DNA of 64,000 nt from Oligoflexales bacterium (GTDB lineage Bacteria > Bdellovibrionota_B > Oligoflexia > Oligoflexales > CAIYRB01): positions 1-64,000 of the forward strand of contig JBGSUI010000059.1 in the NCBI GenBank assembly GCA_041736175.1, read 5' to 3'. Position numbers and translations under genes: made by a program. Positions 49,879 to 60,233 of the stretch are shown piece by piece. The notes beneath the pieces were generated by a model that saw only the letters and a program-made list of their open reading frames with translations, was not told where the DNA came from and searched no databases. How positions within the stretch are numbered: position 1 is the stretch's first letter; every line of letters starts with the position of its first letter.

Positions 49879-51933
49879 ATGATTGATTTGTCGACCCTCA
49901 ATACCGAACAACGCCATGCCGCGACCCATATCGACGGCCCCCTTATGATCCTTGCCGGAGCTGGTACCGGGAAGACAAGGGTGATCACCTATCGTATTGC
50001 CTATATGCTAGGATGTGGGATTTTTCCCGAACAAATCGTGGCCTTATCTTTTACAAATAAGGCCGCTAAAGAGATGGCCGAGCGGGTCAAAACCCTGATC
50101 GGGGCCAAATCCAAAAAAGTCTGGTTGGGGACCTTTCACAGCTTTTGCCTCCACCTCCTCCGTGCCCACTCCCATGCCCTGGGACTGCCGGCTAATTTCG
50201 GGCTCGCCGATACTGCGGACCAAATCGAACTCGTCCGTCGAAGCCTTGAGGAAAAAGGTTGGTCCGGACTGTACAAAGTCGATCAAATTCACCAACAGAT
50301 CAGCCGAGCCAAAAACTACCTTCTGACTCCGGAGCAAATCCTTGCCGAGGGCGCCAAAGGCCCATTTCAAGGCGATCCAGCCGTGCTCGCTGAAGTCTTT
50401 AAGCTCTATGAGCGGCAGCTTAAACTCCATAGGGTCATCGATTTTGATGACTGTATTTACAAAACAGTTTTTTTGTTGTCCCAAAACCCTGAAATCCGAG
50501 AATCTTGCCATCGTAAGTTTAAATATTTTATGGTTGATGAATTCCAAGATACCAACCTCGCTCAGCTCAAAGTCCTCGAATTGATGGTGCCCCCCGCTCA
50601 CAATGTCTGCGTGGTGGGAGATGATGACCAATCAATCTACAGCTGGCGCGGTGCTATGTACGAAATCTTAGAAAACTTTGAACAGCTCTTCCCGGGGACT
50701 AAGATTTCAAAGCTAGAGCAAAACTACAGATGTACCAATGTCATTCTCGACGCTGCCAATAAAGTGATCAAGAACAACAAAAGGCGAAAGGACAAAACCC
50801 TGTGGAGTGCTTCTAAAGACCAAATCCCCATTACCATCCATCTTTGTACCGATGATGGTGAAGAAGCTAAATACGTAGCTGATAAATGCTTAGCTCTTCT
50901 CGGCAGCGGCTTTGAACCCAGGGACATCGCCATCCTTTACCGCGCCAACGCCCAAGCCCGCGCCTTTGAACTTATTTTACGGGAATCTCGCATTTCTACC
51001 AAAACCTATGGCGGACAGAGCTTTTTCGAACGCAAAGAGATTAAGGATTTCCTTTGCTATCTCCGATTGGTTTTAAATCCACATGACCGCCTCGCCCTAT
51101 GGCGCATCATCAACACGCCCCACCGGGGGATTGGACTTAAGACCCTTGAGAGAATCGATGGGATCGCCCACGCCGATAAAAAATCACCCTACGAAGTGCT
51201 CGAAGACTTTGATCACTCAGGCGTCAAAGAATTCATCTCCCTAATGAACCAACTCAAGTCTTTTCCAAAAGAAACTCCTGACCAGTTTCTGTCTCTAGGC
51301 CAGCAGATTATCAAACTAAGCGGATTAGATACCGAGATTAAACTCAAAAACGATAACCTAGCCGCAAGAGACCGTAAACTTCAAAATCTTAGGGGAATGC
51401 CCCCATGGATTGAGTCTATGGCCAAGCATCTTTTCAACGAAAACGGCTCCATCAGCCACCGAAATCTCCTGGATATCCTTAGCTTAGATGGGGACCGGTT
51501 TGAAGGTGACGAAAAAGGTAAGGGCAACCATATCTCGCTAATGACGATTCATGCTGCTAAAGGACTCGAATATCCAGCCGTTTTTGTTGTAGGCCTGGAA
51601 GAAGACTATCTTCCCCATAAAAACAGCCTCCTCGACGCAGCAAGCATCTGTGAGGAGAGACGCCTGTTTTACGTAGCCCTCACTCGAGCAAAATCACGAC
51701 TCTTTTTGTCCCATTGCCAAGAAAGACTCTCTGGATACCAAGGTAAAATCGCTCGGTTTCCTTCCCGGTTTATCAAAGAAATACCCGAATCCGCTTATAT
51801 CGCCACCAATGCCGGTACCGAGGCTCCTGCCCAGGATGATCGAAAACAAACCTTTAGCCGCAAACTCAGCCAACTGCGAAATTCAATCGCCGCTCCAAAC
51901 AACGGCCAGTCCCCACGCAAACCCGCACTTTGA
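49879..51933 (+). CDS. UvrD/Rep/PcrA superfamily 1 helicase
   Basis: AGAGTGKT, VDEFQDTN, VGDDDQSIY, LEQNYR, MTIHAAKGLE, EERRLFYVALTRA. Confidence 0.96.
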   Translation: MIDLSTLNTEQRHAATHIDGPLMILAGAGTGKTRVITYRIAYMLGCGIFPEQIVALSFTNKAAKEMAERVKTLIGAKSKKVWLGTFHSFCLHLLRAHSHALGLPANFGLADTADQIELVRRSLEEKGWSGLYKVDQIHQQISRAKNYLLTPEQILAEGAKGPFQGDPAVLAEVFKLYERQLKLHRVIDFDDCIYKTVFLLSQNPEIRESCHRKFKYFMVDEFQDTNLAQLKVLELMVPPAHNVCVVGDDDQSIYSWRGAMYEILENFEQLFPGTKISKLEQNYRCTNVILDAANKVIKNNKRRKDKTLWSASKDQIPITIHLCTDDGEEAKYVADKCLALLGSGFEPRDIAILYRANAQARAFELILRESRISTKTYGGQSFFERKEIKDFLCYLRLVLNPHDRLALWRIINTPHRGIGLKTLERIDGIAHADKKSPYEVLEDFDHSGVKEFISLMNQLKSFPKETPDQFLSLGQQIIKLSGLDTEIKLKNDNLAARDRKLQNLRGMPPWIESMAKHLFNENGSISHRNLLDILSLDGDRFEGDEKGKGNHISLMTIHAAKGLEYPAVFVVGLEEDYLPHKNSLLDAASICEERRLFYVALTRAKSRLFLSHCQERLSGYQGKIARFPSRFIKEIPESAYIATNAGTEAPAQDDRKQTFSRKLSQLRNSIAAPNNGQSPRKPAL

Positions 51934-51966
51934 GAGTGAGTCGGTCTATCGAGCTAGCCCTAACGA

Positions 51967-52857
51967 CTATTTGATCACTTCGGCGTCGATAAAACCCTTA
52001 CCCTCGACAAAGACCCTTAGCTTAGAAATGATCCGACTCTCAATCTGTCGGGCCCTTTCGCGGGTGATTCCATAGCGGTCCCCTAGGTCTTGAAGAGTAG
52101 GGGGTTGATCAGCCATAAGCCGAGCATCGAAAAACTCTAGATCTCGCCCTTTTAAAGTCAGGCGAAATTCAGCCAGGTGGTCTGCAAATATTTCACGTAT
52201 TTGTTCTCGGGCAAGGAGTTCTTCCGAGTTTTGTTGGTCTGCCGCTAGCTGAGAGCCTCGGGACGGGCCACTATCGGCATCCAAGCCCAAGGGAGCGTCG
52301 AGGGATAGGTCTGGCGTTGCTAGCCGCGCCTGCATCTCGACGACATCTTTTTCTTTGACATTTAAATGCTCCGCTAAAAGCTTTGCATCCACATGATCGT
52401 ATTCTTGCAGGAGTTTTCGCGCTGTTTTTTCCAGATTATAGAAAAGCTTTCGTTGGTCTGCGGTGGTCGCTATTTTGACCTGGCTCTTGTTATCCATAAG
52501 ATATTTTAAAATATAGGCTCGAATCCACCAGGCCGCATAGCTGGATAGCTTAACTCCTTTATAGGGGTTGAACCGTTTGACGGCCTGCATCAGCCCAAAA
52601 TTGCCTTCTTGGATCATATCGAGAAGATTAAGCTGCGCTTGGCGAAAATCATTTGCTATTTTAACAACCAGTCTAAGATTAGAAGTCACCAATCGATGGG
52701 CCGCATGGACGTCACTTTCGTCAAAATGCTGTCTCGCTAACTCATACTCCTCTTCGGGGTCTAAGAGAGGATACTTTGCAATCTGCTGCATATAAATCTG
52801 AAGTGGGGATTTTTGAATTGGCGCAATTGCGGATTTTTGTGCCGGTACCTTCGTCAC
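51967..52857 (-). CDS. rpoH: Sigma-32 family RNA polymerase sigma factor
   Basis: LVTSNLRLVVKIA, YAAWWIRAYI, RpoH-box-like QRKLFYNL, ITRERARQIE. Confidence 0.88.
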   Translation of the reverse strand: MTKVPAQKSAIAPIQKSPLQIYMQQIAKYPLLDPEEEYELARQHFDESDVHAAHRLVTSNLRLVVKIANDFRQAQLNLLDMIQEGNFGLMQAVKRFNPYKGVKLSSYAAWWIRAYILKYLMDNKSQVKIATTADQRKLFYNLEKTARKLLQEYDHVDAKLLAEHLNVKEKDVVEMQARLATPDLSLDAPLGLDADSGPSRGSQLAADQQNSEELLAREQIREIFADHLAEFRLTLKGRDLEFFDARLMADQPPTLQDLGDRYGITRERARQIESRIISKLRVFVEGKGFIDAEVIK

Positions 52858-53028
52858 TTTGCTCCTTTAACAATTTGCTTCGCTATGAGTTTAGTCATTC
52901 GGAGAAGGCGCCTTAAAAGCTTCCTTTTCTATCCAACGTAGGATAATAATTGAAATTATGTAATTTGTCGAGATGCTTTTCCCTGGGCTGTTCCATGGAT
53001 TCATCATCTTAGACCAAGAAAGGTACCT

Positions 53029-53958
53029 ATGGCAGGCATTGGCATTATCACCAATCCACACTCTCGGCTGAACAAGGCTAACCCAAATAATATCAAGGTA
53101 TTAGGGTATATATTAGGGACCCAAGGGCGACTCGAAGTCACTAATACCCTCGACGATCTATCAAGGGTTGCCCTCCAATTTAAAGAGCAGGGCATATCGA
53201 TCTTAGCAATCAATGGCGGAGATGGCACCGTCAGCAGAACCCTTACGGCGTTTATAAAGGTCTATGGTTCCCACCCGCTCCCCAAAATCGCGCTCCTTCG
53301 GGGGGGCACTATGAATGTGATTGCCCTTAACTTAGGTTTAAAAGGCTCTCCTGACCAACTATTGGCAACCCTCGTCGAAGCCTATTCTACTGGTGAGGAC
53401 TTGCCTACAACTCATTTATCCACATTACAGATAGGTGACTCTTATGGGTTCTTGTTTGGGACAGGAGTCGCTTATGATTTCCTTTTAGAATACTACCAAC
53501 GTAAATCGGGTCCTCTAGGAGCCTTTTTTTGGTGTTTAGCCGTTTGGTTTTCGGGCTGGTTTCAAGGAAAGCTCTACAAAAAAATCATGAAAGAAAAAAC
53601 AATAAACATAGTCCGCGAGGATAACGTCCAAGTAAGACAGAAAACCATCAGCCTTTTATGCTCTACGGTTAGAAAAATGCCTCTTGGATATCCACTTTTT
53701 TATAAACTTAAGGATGTCAGACGTAAAATCCAATGCGTTTCGTTTACTATAACCCCTAAAGACGCAATTTGGAAATTTCCTCTCATCATGATAAAAGGAA
53801 AACATGCTTCTAAGGTTGATAAGTATGACCTTCTCACGGACCAACTCCGACTATCAAGTGACGAACCCATAGGTTACACTTTAGACGGGGAACTTTATCC
53901 TGGCCAAGGATCCCTTGAACTAAAACTAGGCCCTGAGGTGGAATTTGTCTCGATCTAA
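53029..53958 (+). CDS. Diacylglycerol/lipid kinase family protein
   Basis: ITNPHS, NGGDGT, GGTMN, LDGE. Confidence 0.9.
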   Translation: MAGIGIITNPHSRLNKANPNNIKVLGYILGTQGRLEVTNTLDDLSRVALQFKEQGISILAINGGDGTVSRTLTAFIKVYGSHPLPKIALLRGGTMNVIALNLGLKGSPDQLLATLVEAYSTGEDLPTTHLSTLQIGDSYGFLFGTGVAYDFLLEYYQRKSGPLGAFFWCLAVWFSGWFQGKLYKKIMKEKTINIVREDNVQVRQKTISLLCSTVRKMPLGYPLFYKLKDVRRKIQCVSFTITPKDAIWKFPLIMIKGKHASKVDKYDLLTDQLRLSSDEPIGYTLDGELYPGQGSLELKLGPEVEFVSI

Positions 53959-53998
53959 CTTAAATTCACGAAACGAACATCAAGAATTTGAAAACACC

Positions 53999-55123
53999 AT
54001 GACAAACACGATCTCTCCTACTGTAAAGGTGCTGACCCCTGGTCTTATTAAGTCCGTAGCCCTTGCTCTGAATGTTCCACATCCTAAGATTACTTGGCTG
54101 GCCGGCGATGGCTCTGATCGATGCTATTTCCGAATCTATACGGGAAAACATAATAAACTTAACTCCAAATCCTTTGTCCTGATGAAACTCTCCGACGCTG
54201 ATGCCCAAGCACTGAAAAACAATGGTTATGACTGGGTCACCATCGCTCATATTTTAGAAGAACAAAACGTTAAAGTTCCAAAAATTTTCACGATTCTCCA
54301 GGAGCACTCTGCCATAATCATAGAAGATTATGGAGATTTGATGCTAGAGACAAAAGTATTCGAACTCAGTAAAACCAACGATCTAGAAGTCATTAAAACC
54401 ATCTACCATAAGGGTTTTGAAATTATTTCAAGATTTTTGGAAATTTCCAAAATCCCTGACTTACAACAATCCAAACCACTTTGGACCCAACGGGCCTTTG
54501 ATGGGGAAAGGTTTGTTTGGGAACTCAATTTTTTTCTCCAAAAATTTGTAAACCAAGTAGCTCAGGTCTTTTTGGACGATAAGGAAATGGCTATCTTCCA
54601 AAGTGAGGCAGCGACGATCGCAACAATATTAGCTGAAAATTCACAGTATTTTGTGCATCGAGACTTCCATTCTCGAAATATCATGGTGCTTGAAGACGGG
54701 CTGGCCGTCATTGATTTCCAGGATGCCCGGCTAGGCCCTGCCTCCTACGACTTAGTATCGTTGATCTTCGATTCATATGTCCCCTTTACGGCTTCCATGA
54801 GGCGAGATCTCCTCCAAGAGGCCATGACTTTTTTGAGCGTCAAACACCCGCCTCAAATCATCTCCGAAATAAAATCCCTTTGGAAACCCATGCTCCTCCA
54901 AAGACAACTCAAAGCCATAGGTAGCTTTGGCTATTTAACAGTCGACAAACAAAAGGGCGATTATTTGAAATATGTCGCCCCGGCTCTAAAAATAATCGAA
55001 GACCAGGGCGTTCAAGATGAGCGGTGGCCCTTTATCTCCTCGGTCTTAATGCGAAGAATCGCCGACGCGGTCCATGGTGGGTGTTTAGAAGGTATACCCT
55101 CAAATAACCCAAATGTCTCATGA
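53999..55123 (+). CDS. amgK: APH-family phosphotransferase, probable anomeric MurNAc/GlcNAc kinase
   Basis: LAGDGSDRCYFR, EDYGD, HRDFHSRN, IDFQDA, YDLVSL; paired with a nucleotidyltransferase. Confidence 0.85.
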   Translation: MTNTISPTVKVLTPGLIKSVALALNVPHPKITWLAGDGSDRCYFRIYTGKHNKLNSKSFVLMKLSDADAQALKNNGYDWVTIAHILEEQNVKVPKIFTILQEHSAIIIEDYGDLMLETKVFELSKTNDLEVIKTIYHKGFEIISRFLEISKIPDLQQSKPLWTQRAFDGERFVWELNFFLQKFVNQVAQVFLDDKEMAIFQSEAATIATILAENSQYFVHRDFHSRNIMVLEDGLAVIDFQDARLGPASYDLVSLIFDSYVPFTASMRRDLLQEAMTFLSVKHPPQIISEIKSLWKPMLLQRQLKAIGSFGYLTVDKQKGDYLKYVAPALKIIEDQGVQDERWPFISSVLMRRIADAVHGGCLEGIPSNNPNVS

Positions 55124-56133
55124 TGGACCCTACTGCACCCGTGGGGCTGATCCTCGCTGCGGGCTATGGCCAAAGACTTCGCCCTATCACTGAGTTTTGG
55201 CCTAAGCCGCTTATACCTTTTGTAGGGGCAACCCCTCTGGCTCTTGCCTACCAGCAGCTCCTACAGCTTCAGCTCAGTGAGATTTGGATCAACACCCACT
55301 ACCGCTTTCAGGACTTTCATGTCCATACATCCTGCTTTCCACGAACGCCCCTCAGTCACAAACCGCCACAGATAAGCTACGAGCCAACAATCCTAGGTAC
55401 GGGTGGGGTGTTTAATCCCCTTAGATCCTCACTAAAAGATCGGGATGTCTTGGTTATCAATGGTGATGTGATTGCGCCTTTTGACCTGGGCGCGCTGTTA
55501 AACCAACACCGTTCCACCAAATCCGTAGCGACCATGATCCTTTTGCCCCAGGTGATTCCGGGGGAAACTGCCGTCTGGTACCAGGGCGAGCACATCGTCG
55601 GAATCCAAAAAGAAGTTTTCTCCGGTGCTCACCCTGGCAACTTCGCCTGTGCCCAAATTCTATCGCCAGATTTTTTACAACTTTTGCCCCAAGAAGGGTC
55701 GTTTGATGTCATTAACTATGGCTATCGTCAGGCTCTCGCCAAGCAAATGCCCCTCTCCTATGTGCTTCACCAGGGGCCATGGTTTGATATCGGATCTCCC
55801 CAAAGTTATTTTAATGCTGTTCAATCTTTTTTTGTCGAAGCTATTAAAGAATCTACTGGTCCTAAACTCAACCTTATGGATGTGAATAGCTGCCGGAGTT
55901 GGTATGGAAAACCACCTTTGGGCCCACAACCCTTTGCTAACGACTGCGACAAAATTCCGGTGGATTTGAGGTTATCCCCTGGTTCTATGGTCGAAAGAGG
56001 CTCGATCCTTGGTAAACAGGTCACTATTACCAGATCTGTTGTGTTGCCAGGGTCTGATATTCCTGATGGTGCCCTGATTGATTTAAAGATTTGTGGACCT
56101 TTTGGCCAACTGCCGGTCGCATATTCACCTTAA
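55120..56133 (+). CDS. murU: Nucleotidyltransferase, MurU-like
   Basis: LAAGYGQRLRPIT...PKPL, NGD, WFDIG; overlaps the amgK-like gene. Confidence 0.75.
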   Translation: MMDPTAPVGLILAAGYGQRLRPITEFWPKPLIPFVGATPLALAYQQLLQLQLSEIWINTHYRFQDFHVHTSCFPRTPLSHKPPQISYEPTILGTGGVFNPLRSSLKDRDVLVINGDVIAPFDLGALLNQHRSTKSVATMILLPQVIPGETAVWYQGEHIVGIQKEVFSGAHPGNFACAQILSPDFLQLLPQEGSFDVINYGYRQALAKQMPLSYVLHQGPWFDIGSPQSYFNAVQSFFVEAIKESTGPKLNLMDVNSCRSWYGKPPLGPQPFANDCDKIPVDLRLSPGSMVERGSILGKQVTITRSVVLPGSDIPDGALIDLKICGPFGQLPVAYSP

Positions 56134-56157
56134 ATAACTGACTATATTTATAAATAT

Positions 56158-58701
56158 CTAAATCTCGACATTCATCCCCGTCCATATCCGCCTTTCGGGC
56201 GCTCCTACTCCCTCGCCGATTCCGACTCCTGCTCCTGCGACTAGACTCCAGAGCCCAGCTCCCTGATAGCGTCCGTAGAGGCCAAGCTCACTTGGATTGC
56301 TGGAATTGAGACCAAAAACAGACTGCTCCTGGTAGCGAAATTCATATTGAGTACCCAGGGAAAAACTTTGCGGGAAGCGGTAATCCATGGATGCCAGAAA
56401 TTGGATATAGCTATTGATCTCCAGAGGCTTTGAGCGCTGGTCTTTAAAGATTTCCTTTTGGCGGTAAAGGTATCCCAAATTAGCATTCCATTGGAATTGC
56501 TGAACTTGGGGGTTATATCTTAAGTTTTTTCGGCCCAGCGTCTGCCCAAACTCTCCCGTCGCTAAAAACTTAAGTCCGTAGACGGTTTTTTCTTCTCCTA
56601 AAAGCAGCTTTTCATCGCCCATGGGCACCTGTGCGATTGGCATGATCCCGAAGGCAACATGCTCTAAACGAGTGAACTGGTATTTTACCCGGACCTCAAC
56701 ATCGCCTACTTTTCCGATCGAGGTGGATCGACCCTCTTTACCCCGAAGAATCCGGTCTTGACCCGTATCGCGGTCGATCTCCGCTTGGTAAATGACGGGC
56801 ACATCGATCCCAAGGGATAGATTTTTGAGGATCCTAAGACTCCCGACTGCATGAAACACCGTCAATCGATCGACTAAATTTGTCTCCTCGCCGCTCTGTC
56901 CTGTTAAATTAAGGGAGTTGGCTGAATCACTCAAAAAGAGTCCACCCTTAAATCTCACTCCTGGGGTTACCATCGCTTTTTCTGGAAGACCAACTCCATC
57001 GACCGTCGCTCTTGTCGTTAGGACATTCATATGATTTTTCTGAGCTTCAGCTCCGGGGTTATTTTCTGCGGAATAACCCGGTGGGGCAAAGTTCAGGGTC
57101 ACCAGAGGAAAGATAAACAATGTGATTTTTATCGCCCCTTTTTTAAAACCCAGCAGACCCAAGGGGGTCAAGATCAAACTCCACCAAAACACGTCAAACA
57201 TAAATTCCTGTTTTGTCAAGGTGCCTAGGGTACCACAGCTTACTCCTCCACCTCTCAGATTTAACTCCTTTTGGAGCTGCTCGGGAGCCAACTCAAAGCG
57301 AGGGCACTCTAACTCACTCTCTTTCATCCCACTTTGGTCTTTGACTTTTTCTAATTGTGTCTCAATATTAAATTTATAGTTGGTCGAACCCGAAAATATC
57401 GAGAATGAGATCTTAGCGTTGGTCACTGGAGCGACTCTAAATTTATCGGCAAAATCTATCGGTGTCTGACCAATCGTAAAGCGACTCCCTTGGGGGTGAC
57501 CTTCTTGTTCGGCACCGCCATTGACCGTGTAAACAACTCGGTTTATGGGTATCGTCTCTAAATCATTTGTTGCGACCATTTCCAAGAGATTTTCCAGATC
57601 TTGATTTCCGCTAATTTTTTTAACGTAGTTTTCTGGAGAATAGCTTAAGATGCCTTGAATTTCTTTTTGTGGATCCCAAGCATTCACGCTCCAATTTTGT
57701 GGATTCCTGAATTCTTCTGAAGTGAGACTACAATCTTTTGTAGGTGGTAATGGATTTTTGATTTGACAAATATTTTCCATAGAATCTCTATAAAGCTCCC
57801 CAAAAAGAGGCTCTGGCGAGGGTACCAAAGCATAGCCGATTTTTAATTGACTGTACTTTGGATCAAGTAAGAGGCTTTTTTGTTTGCTAGCCACCAACTG
57901 ATAATGACTCAACCTTAAATAGGGATAAGGATCCTCTACTGCCAACCCTTCCGGTGACTGATAGGCTCTTCCATCTGACAAAATGATCACGGCCTTTTTA
58001 CCGGGAATTTGGCTTAACCCCATCTTCTCATCTGCTGCCATTTGAAGGGCCTTATCGTCAATCCCACTCGATTGTCTTTGGCTTTGGGCGAATTTACCCT
58101 TTGCTGCAAGTAATAATTTGGCGATAAGATCTTTTTGGCCTTGGTTCTTTAAAGTCCTGGCGGGGATAAAAACACAGGTAAAATCCCGATCAAGGGTGAC
58201 GGCCTCGCCTTGATACTCTCGACATTGCGAAAAGGTGGAGCCCATGACGATACCGAGTTTTATACCATCTCCCTGAGACCTATCCGACTCAGTGGAAAAA
58301 AGATTAAATATTTTTTCCGCCATTTGATCGGCACTTTGTCCAATTTTTGCTCTGGACTCGTCACCTAGACTCATCGATGCTGAACGATCAAGTACCAGGA
58401 CTGAATCCAGCAGTATTTGGGAATTAAGGCTATTCTTAGGACATATTTTACCTGTGATCAATAGCGTTTCTCTATCGATGGTCCATTGAAATTTTTTTAA
58501 AGACTCCTTTTGATCTAATCCATTGGTAGAGGAGTTATCAGTTCCAATACAAAAATTTTTATCGATCTTTGCTAAATCTGCAAGGCAAGCTTGAGCCGGG
58601 TTATCCACAGCTAAAATGGGCGAGGTGAAACCCACCCCTAGGGTTATGCCTAGAGTCATCGCAGTTGCCCAGATTATGGACACTTTTCCCTGGGCCTTCA
58701 T
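56158..58701 (-). CDS. Exported VWA-domain protein with an internal GGG-C/TM segment and a C-terminal beta-barrel
   Basis: VLDRSASM and IILSDG (MIDAS); GGGVSCG followed by hydrophobic helices; amphipathic strands to the C-terminus. Confidence 0.65.
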   Translation of the reverse strand: MKAQGKVSIIWATAMTLGITLGVGFTSPILAVDNPAQACLADLAKIDKNFCIGTDNSSTNGLDQKESLKKFQWTIDRETLLITGKICPKNSLNSQILLDSVLVLDRSASMSLGDESRAKIGQSADQMAEKIFNLFSTESDRSQGDGIKLGIVMGSTFSQCREYQGEAVTLDRDFTCVFIPARTLKNQGQKDLIAKLLLAAKGKFAQSQRQSSGIDDKALQMAADEKMGLSQIPGKKAVIILSDGRAYQSPEGLAVEDPYPYLRLSHYQLVASKQKSLLLDPKYSQLKIGYALVPSPEPLFGELYRDSMENICQIKNPLPPTKDCSLTSEEFRNPQNWSVNAWDPQKEIQGILSYSPENYVKKISGNQDLENLLEMVATNDLETIPINRVVYTVNGGAEQEGHPQGSRFTIGQTPIDFADKFRVAPVTNAKISFSIFSGSTNYKFNIETQLEKVKDQSGMKESELECPRFELAPEQLQKELNLRGGGVSCGTLGTLTKQEFMFDVFWWSLILTPLGLLGFKKGAIKITLFIFPLVTLNFAPPGYSAENNPGAEAQKNHMNVLTTRATVDGVGLPEKAMVTPGVRFKGGLFLSDSANSLNLTGQSGEETNLVDRLTVFHAVGSLRILKNLSLGIDVPVIYQAEIDRDTGQDRILRGKEGRSTSIGKVGDVEVRVKYQFTRLEHVAFGIMPIAQVPMGDEKLLLGEEKTVYGLKFLATGEFGQTLGRKNLRYNPQVQQFQWNANLGYLYRQKEIFKDQRSKPLEINSYIQFLASMDYRFPQSFSLGTQYEFRYQEQSVFGLNSSNPSELGLYGRYQGAGLWSLVAGAGVGIGEGVGAPERRIWTGMNVEI

Positions 58702-58829
58702 TGCTTGAAACTCCTATTTTATTTTTTAAAATTAGTATGTTATGTCCATTATCTAGATTTCTTCGGTTGGTTTCTCCGAAGGGCTTCCTATAAGGTCTAG
58801 CGAGACCTATGCCATACTTCTGGTGACAG

Positions 58830-59030
58830 TTATCCACAGAGTTATCCACAGGTTTTAGAGCACTCTAACCTAAGCCATAAATAAATATATTTTTGTTTTC
58901 TAATATCAAACTAATATTTAGTTAAAATATTTCTGTGTTTGTACACAAATATAATCTATGTACAAACATTTGTATAATTATATTGTAGTTTTTAAGCCGC
59001 CCCTCAGTTCCTAAAATCGCCTATTTTCTA
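58830..59030. other. Candidate chromosomal replication origin (oriC)
   Basis: Perfect DnaA boxes TTATCCACA at 58830-58838 and 58842-58850, and a third at 58601-58609. An AT-rich tract follows at ~58875-58990. Lies ~4.7 kb downstream of gyrA. Confidence 0.65.
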
Positions 59031-59033
59031 TAC

Positions 59034-59058
59034 AAAAAAAGGACTTAAAAAAGTCCTT
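59034..59058 (-). terminator. Probable intrinsic terminator of the gatCAB-hydrolase unit
   Basis: On the minus strand, GGACTT-TTTT-AAGTCC is followed by T7. Confidence 0.5.
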
Positions 59059-59096
59059 AAAGAAACGGTTTGCAGAAATTCAGCGGTCGTTTCTAT

Positions 59097-60230
59097 TTAG
59101 CCTAACGTTCCAGCAAGATTGAAGAATTCTCGGCGAAATTCCGTTATTTTTCGACTTAACCGACCGCTACAGATTCGATTGGTCAGCAGCATTGCAAAAT
59201 CGTTCTTGTGGGGCCGCACCCAAAAAGCAACTCCGGTAAAACCCATATGACCAAAAGCCCTTCCTCCCCCAAAACCCATCGAGCTAGGATCATCCGCTGG
59301 ACGCCAGCCTAAAAGCGAAGGAGATGGCTTTTGCTGCTGCTTTTCACTGCGTCGCCTCTGCTGGAGACGCTTTTGATTTTCTCGGAAGATGGTCTCGCCT
59401 ACTTTTGAATGAAACAAGGCCTGTAGATAGGTCGTAAGAGATTCCCCTGATCCAAAAAGTCCTGCATGTCCGCTCACTCCTCCAAGACTGGCGCAGTTTT
59501 CATCATGCACTTCGCCGACGAGTAGTCTTTTTCTGAGGTAACAATAGCTTGTGGGTACACATCGGTCCCTTAACTCCCCAGACGGGGAAAAGTCGAGATC
59601 TCTGACTTGTTCCCCGATTTTTAGGTCTTTAGTCAACCAATCATTCCATTGGCTTGCCAGGGATTGCTGCTTTTTAAGGCCTAGGGCTAGGCCTAATAAA
59701 ATAAAACCTAAATCGCTATAGAGTTCTTCACCCTGTACCCCTAAAGGGCGACGACTCAGCCCTTGGAGGTGCCTCTCAATCCCTGTCAAACCGGGCAACT
59801 CTCGCAGCTGATCCGTCTGCCCATCTGGAAGCCAATGATTGATCCAAAAGTTAGACCACGCCGGTAAACCTGAATGGTGACCTAAGAGACTCTCTAGACT
59901 GAGGTGGCTTAAAACTCGGCTGAGTCGCCCTGGCCAAAGGTCTCCCAGCCACTCGCCAAGAGTCGATGATAGACTGACACTCCCTCGATTTAATTCTTGA
60001 AAAATCAGACTCGTCGTCACCACAGCTTTTGTCAAACTCGCAAGATCAAAAACCTCTCGATGGTCAGGTAGATCTGCGACTTTAAAGACTTCCCCCTTAG
60101 GGTCAAGGGACCCCCAAGCCCCATAAGCATGGGTCCAGAGCCCTTCTTCTTTTGCCCGCCTAAATAGATTTTTAGCCTCTCGCTTAAACATCTGGCCCTG
60201 CGAGGAGCTTTGTGTGAGTTTTTGAGTCAT
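59097..60230 (-). CDS. Serine hydrolase, beta-lactamase family
   Basis: FDLASLTK (SxxK), YSDLGF, GEVHDEN, GHMGFTG. Confidence 0.92.
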   Translation of the reverse strand: MTQKLTQSSSQGQMFKREAKNLFRRAKEEGLWTHAYGAWGSLDPKGEVFKVADLPDHREVFDLASLTKAVVTTSLIFQELNRGSVSLSSTLGEWLGDLWPGRLSRVLSHLSLESLLGHHSGLPAWSNFWINHWLPDGQTDQLRELPGLTGIERHLQGLSRRPLGVQGEELYSDLGFILLGLALGLKKQQSLASQWNDWLTKDLKIGEQVRDLDFSPSGELRDRCVPTSYCYLRKRLLVGEVHDENCASLGGVSGHAGLFGSGESLTTYLQALFHSKVGETIFRENQKRLQQRRRSEKQQQKPSPSLLGWRPADDPSSMGFGGGRAFGHMGFTGVAFWVRPHKNDFAMLLTNRICSGRLSRKITEFRREFFNLAGTLG

Positions 60231-60233
60231 TAT

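Noticed and set aside
59097..60230. Antibiotic-resistance beta-lactamase
   Set aside because: The motifs fit the broad serine hydrolase family and the context is housekeeping. There is no evidence for resistance.
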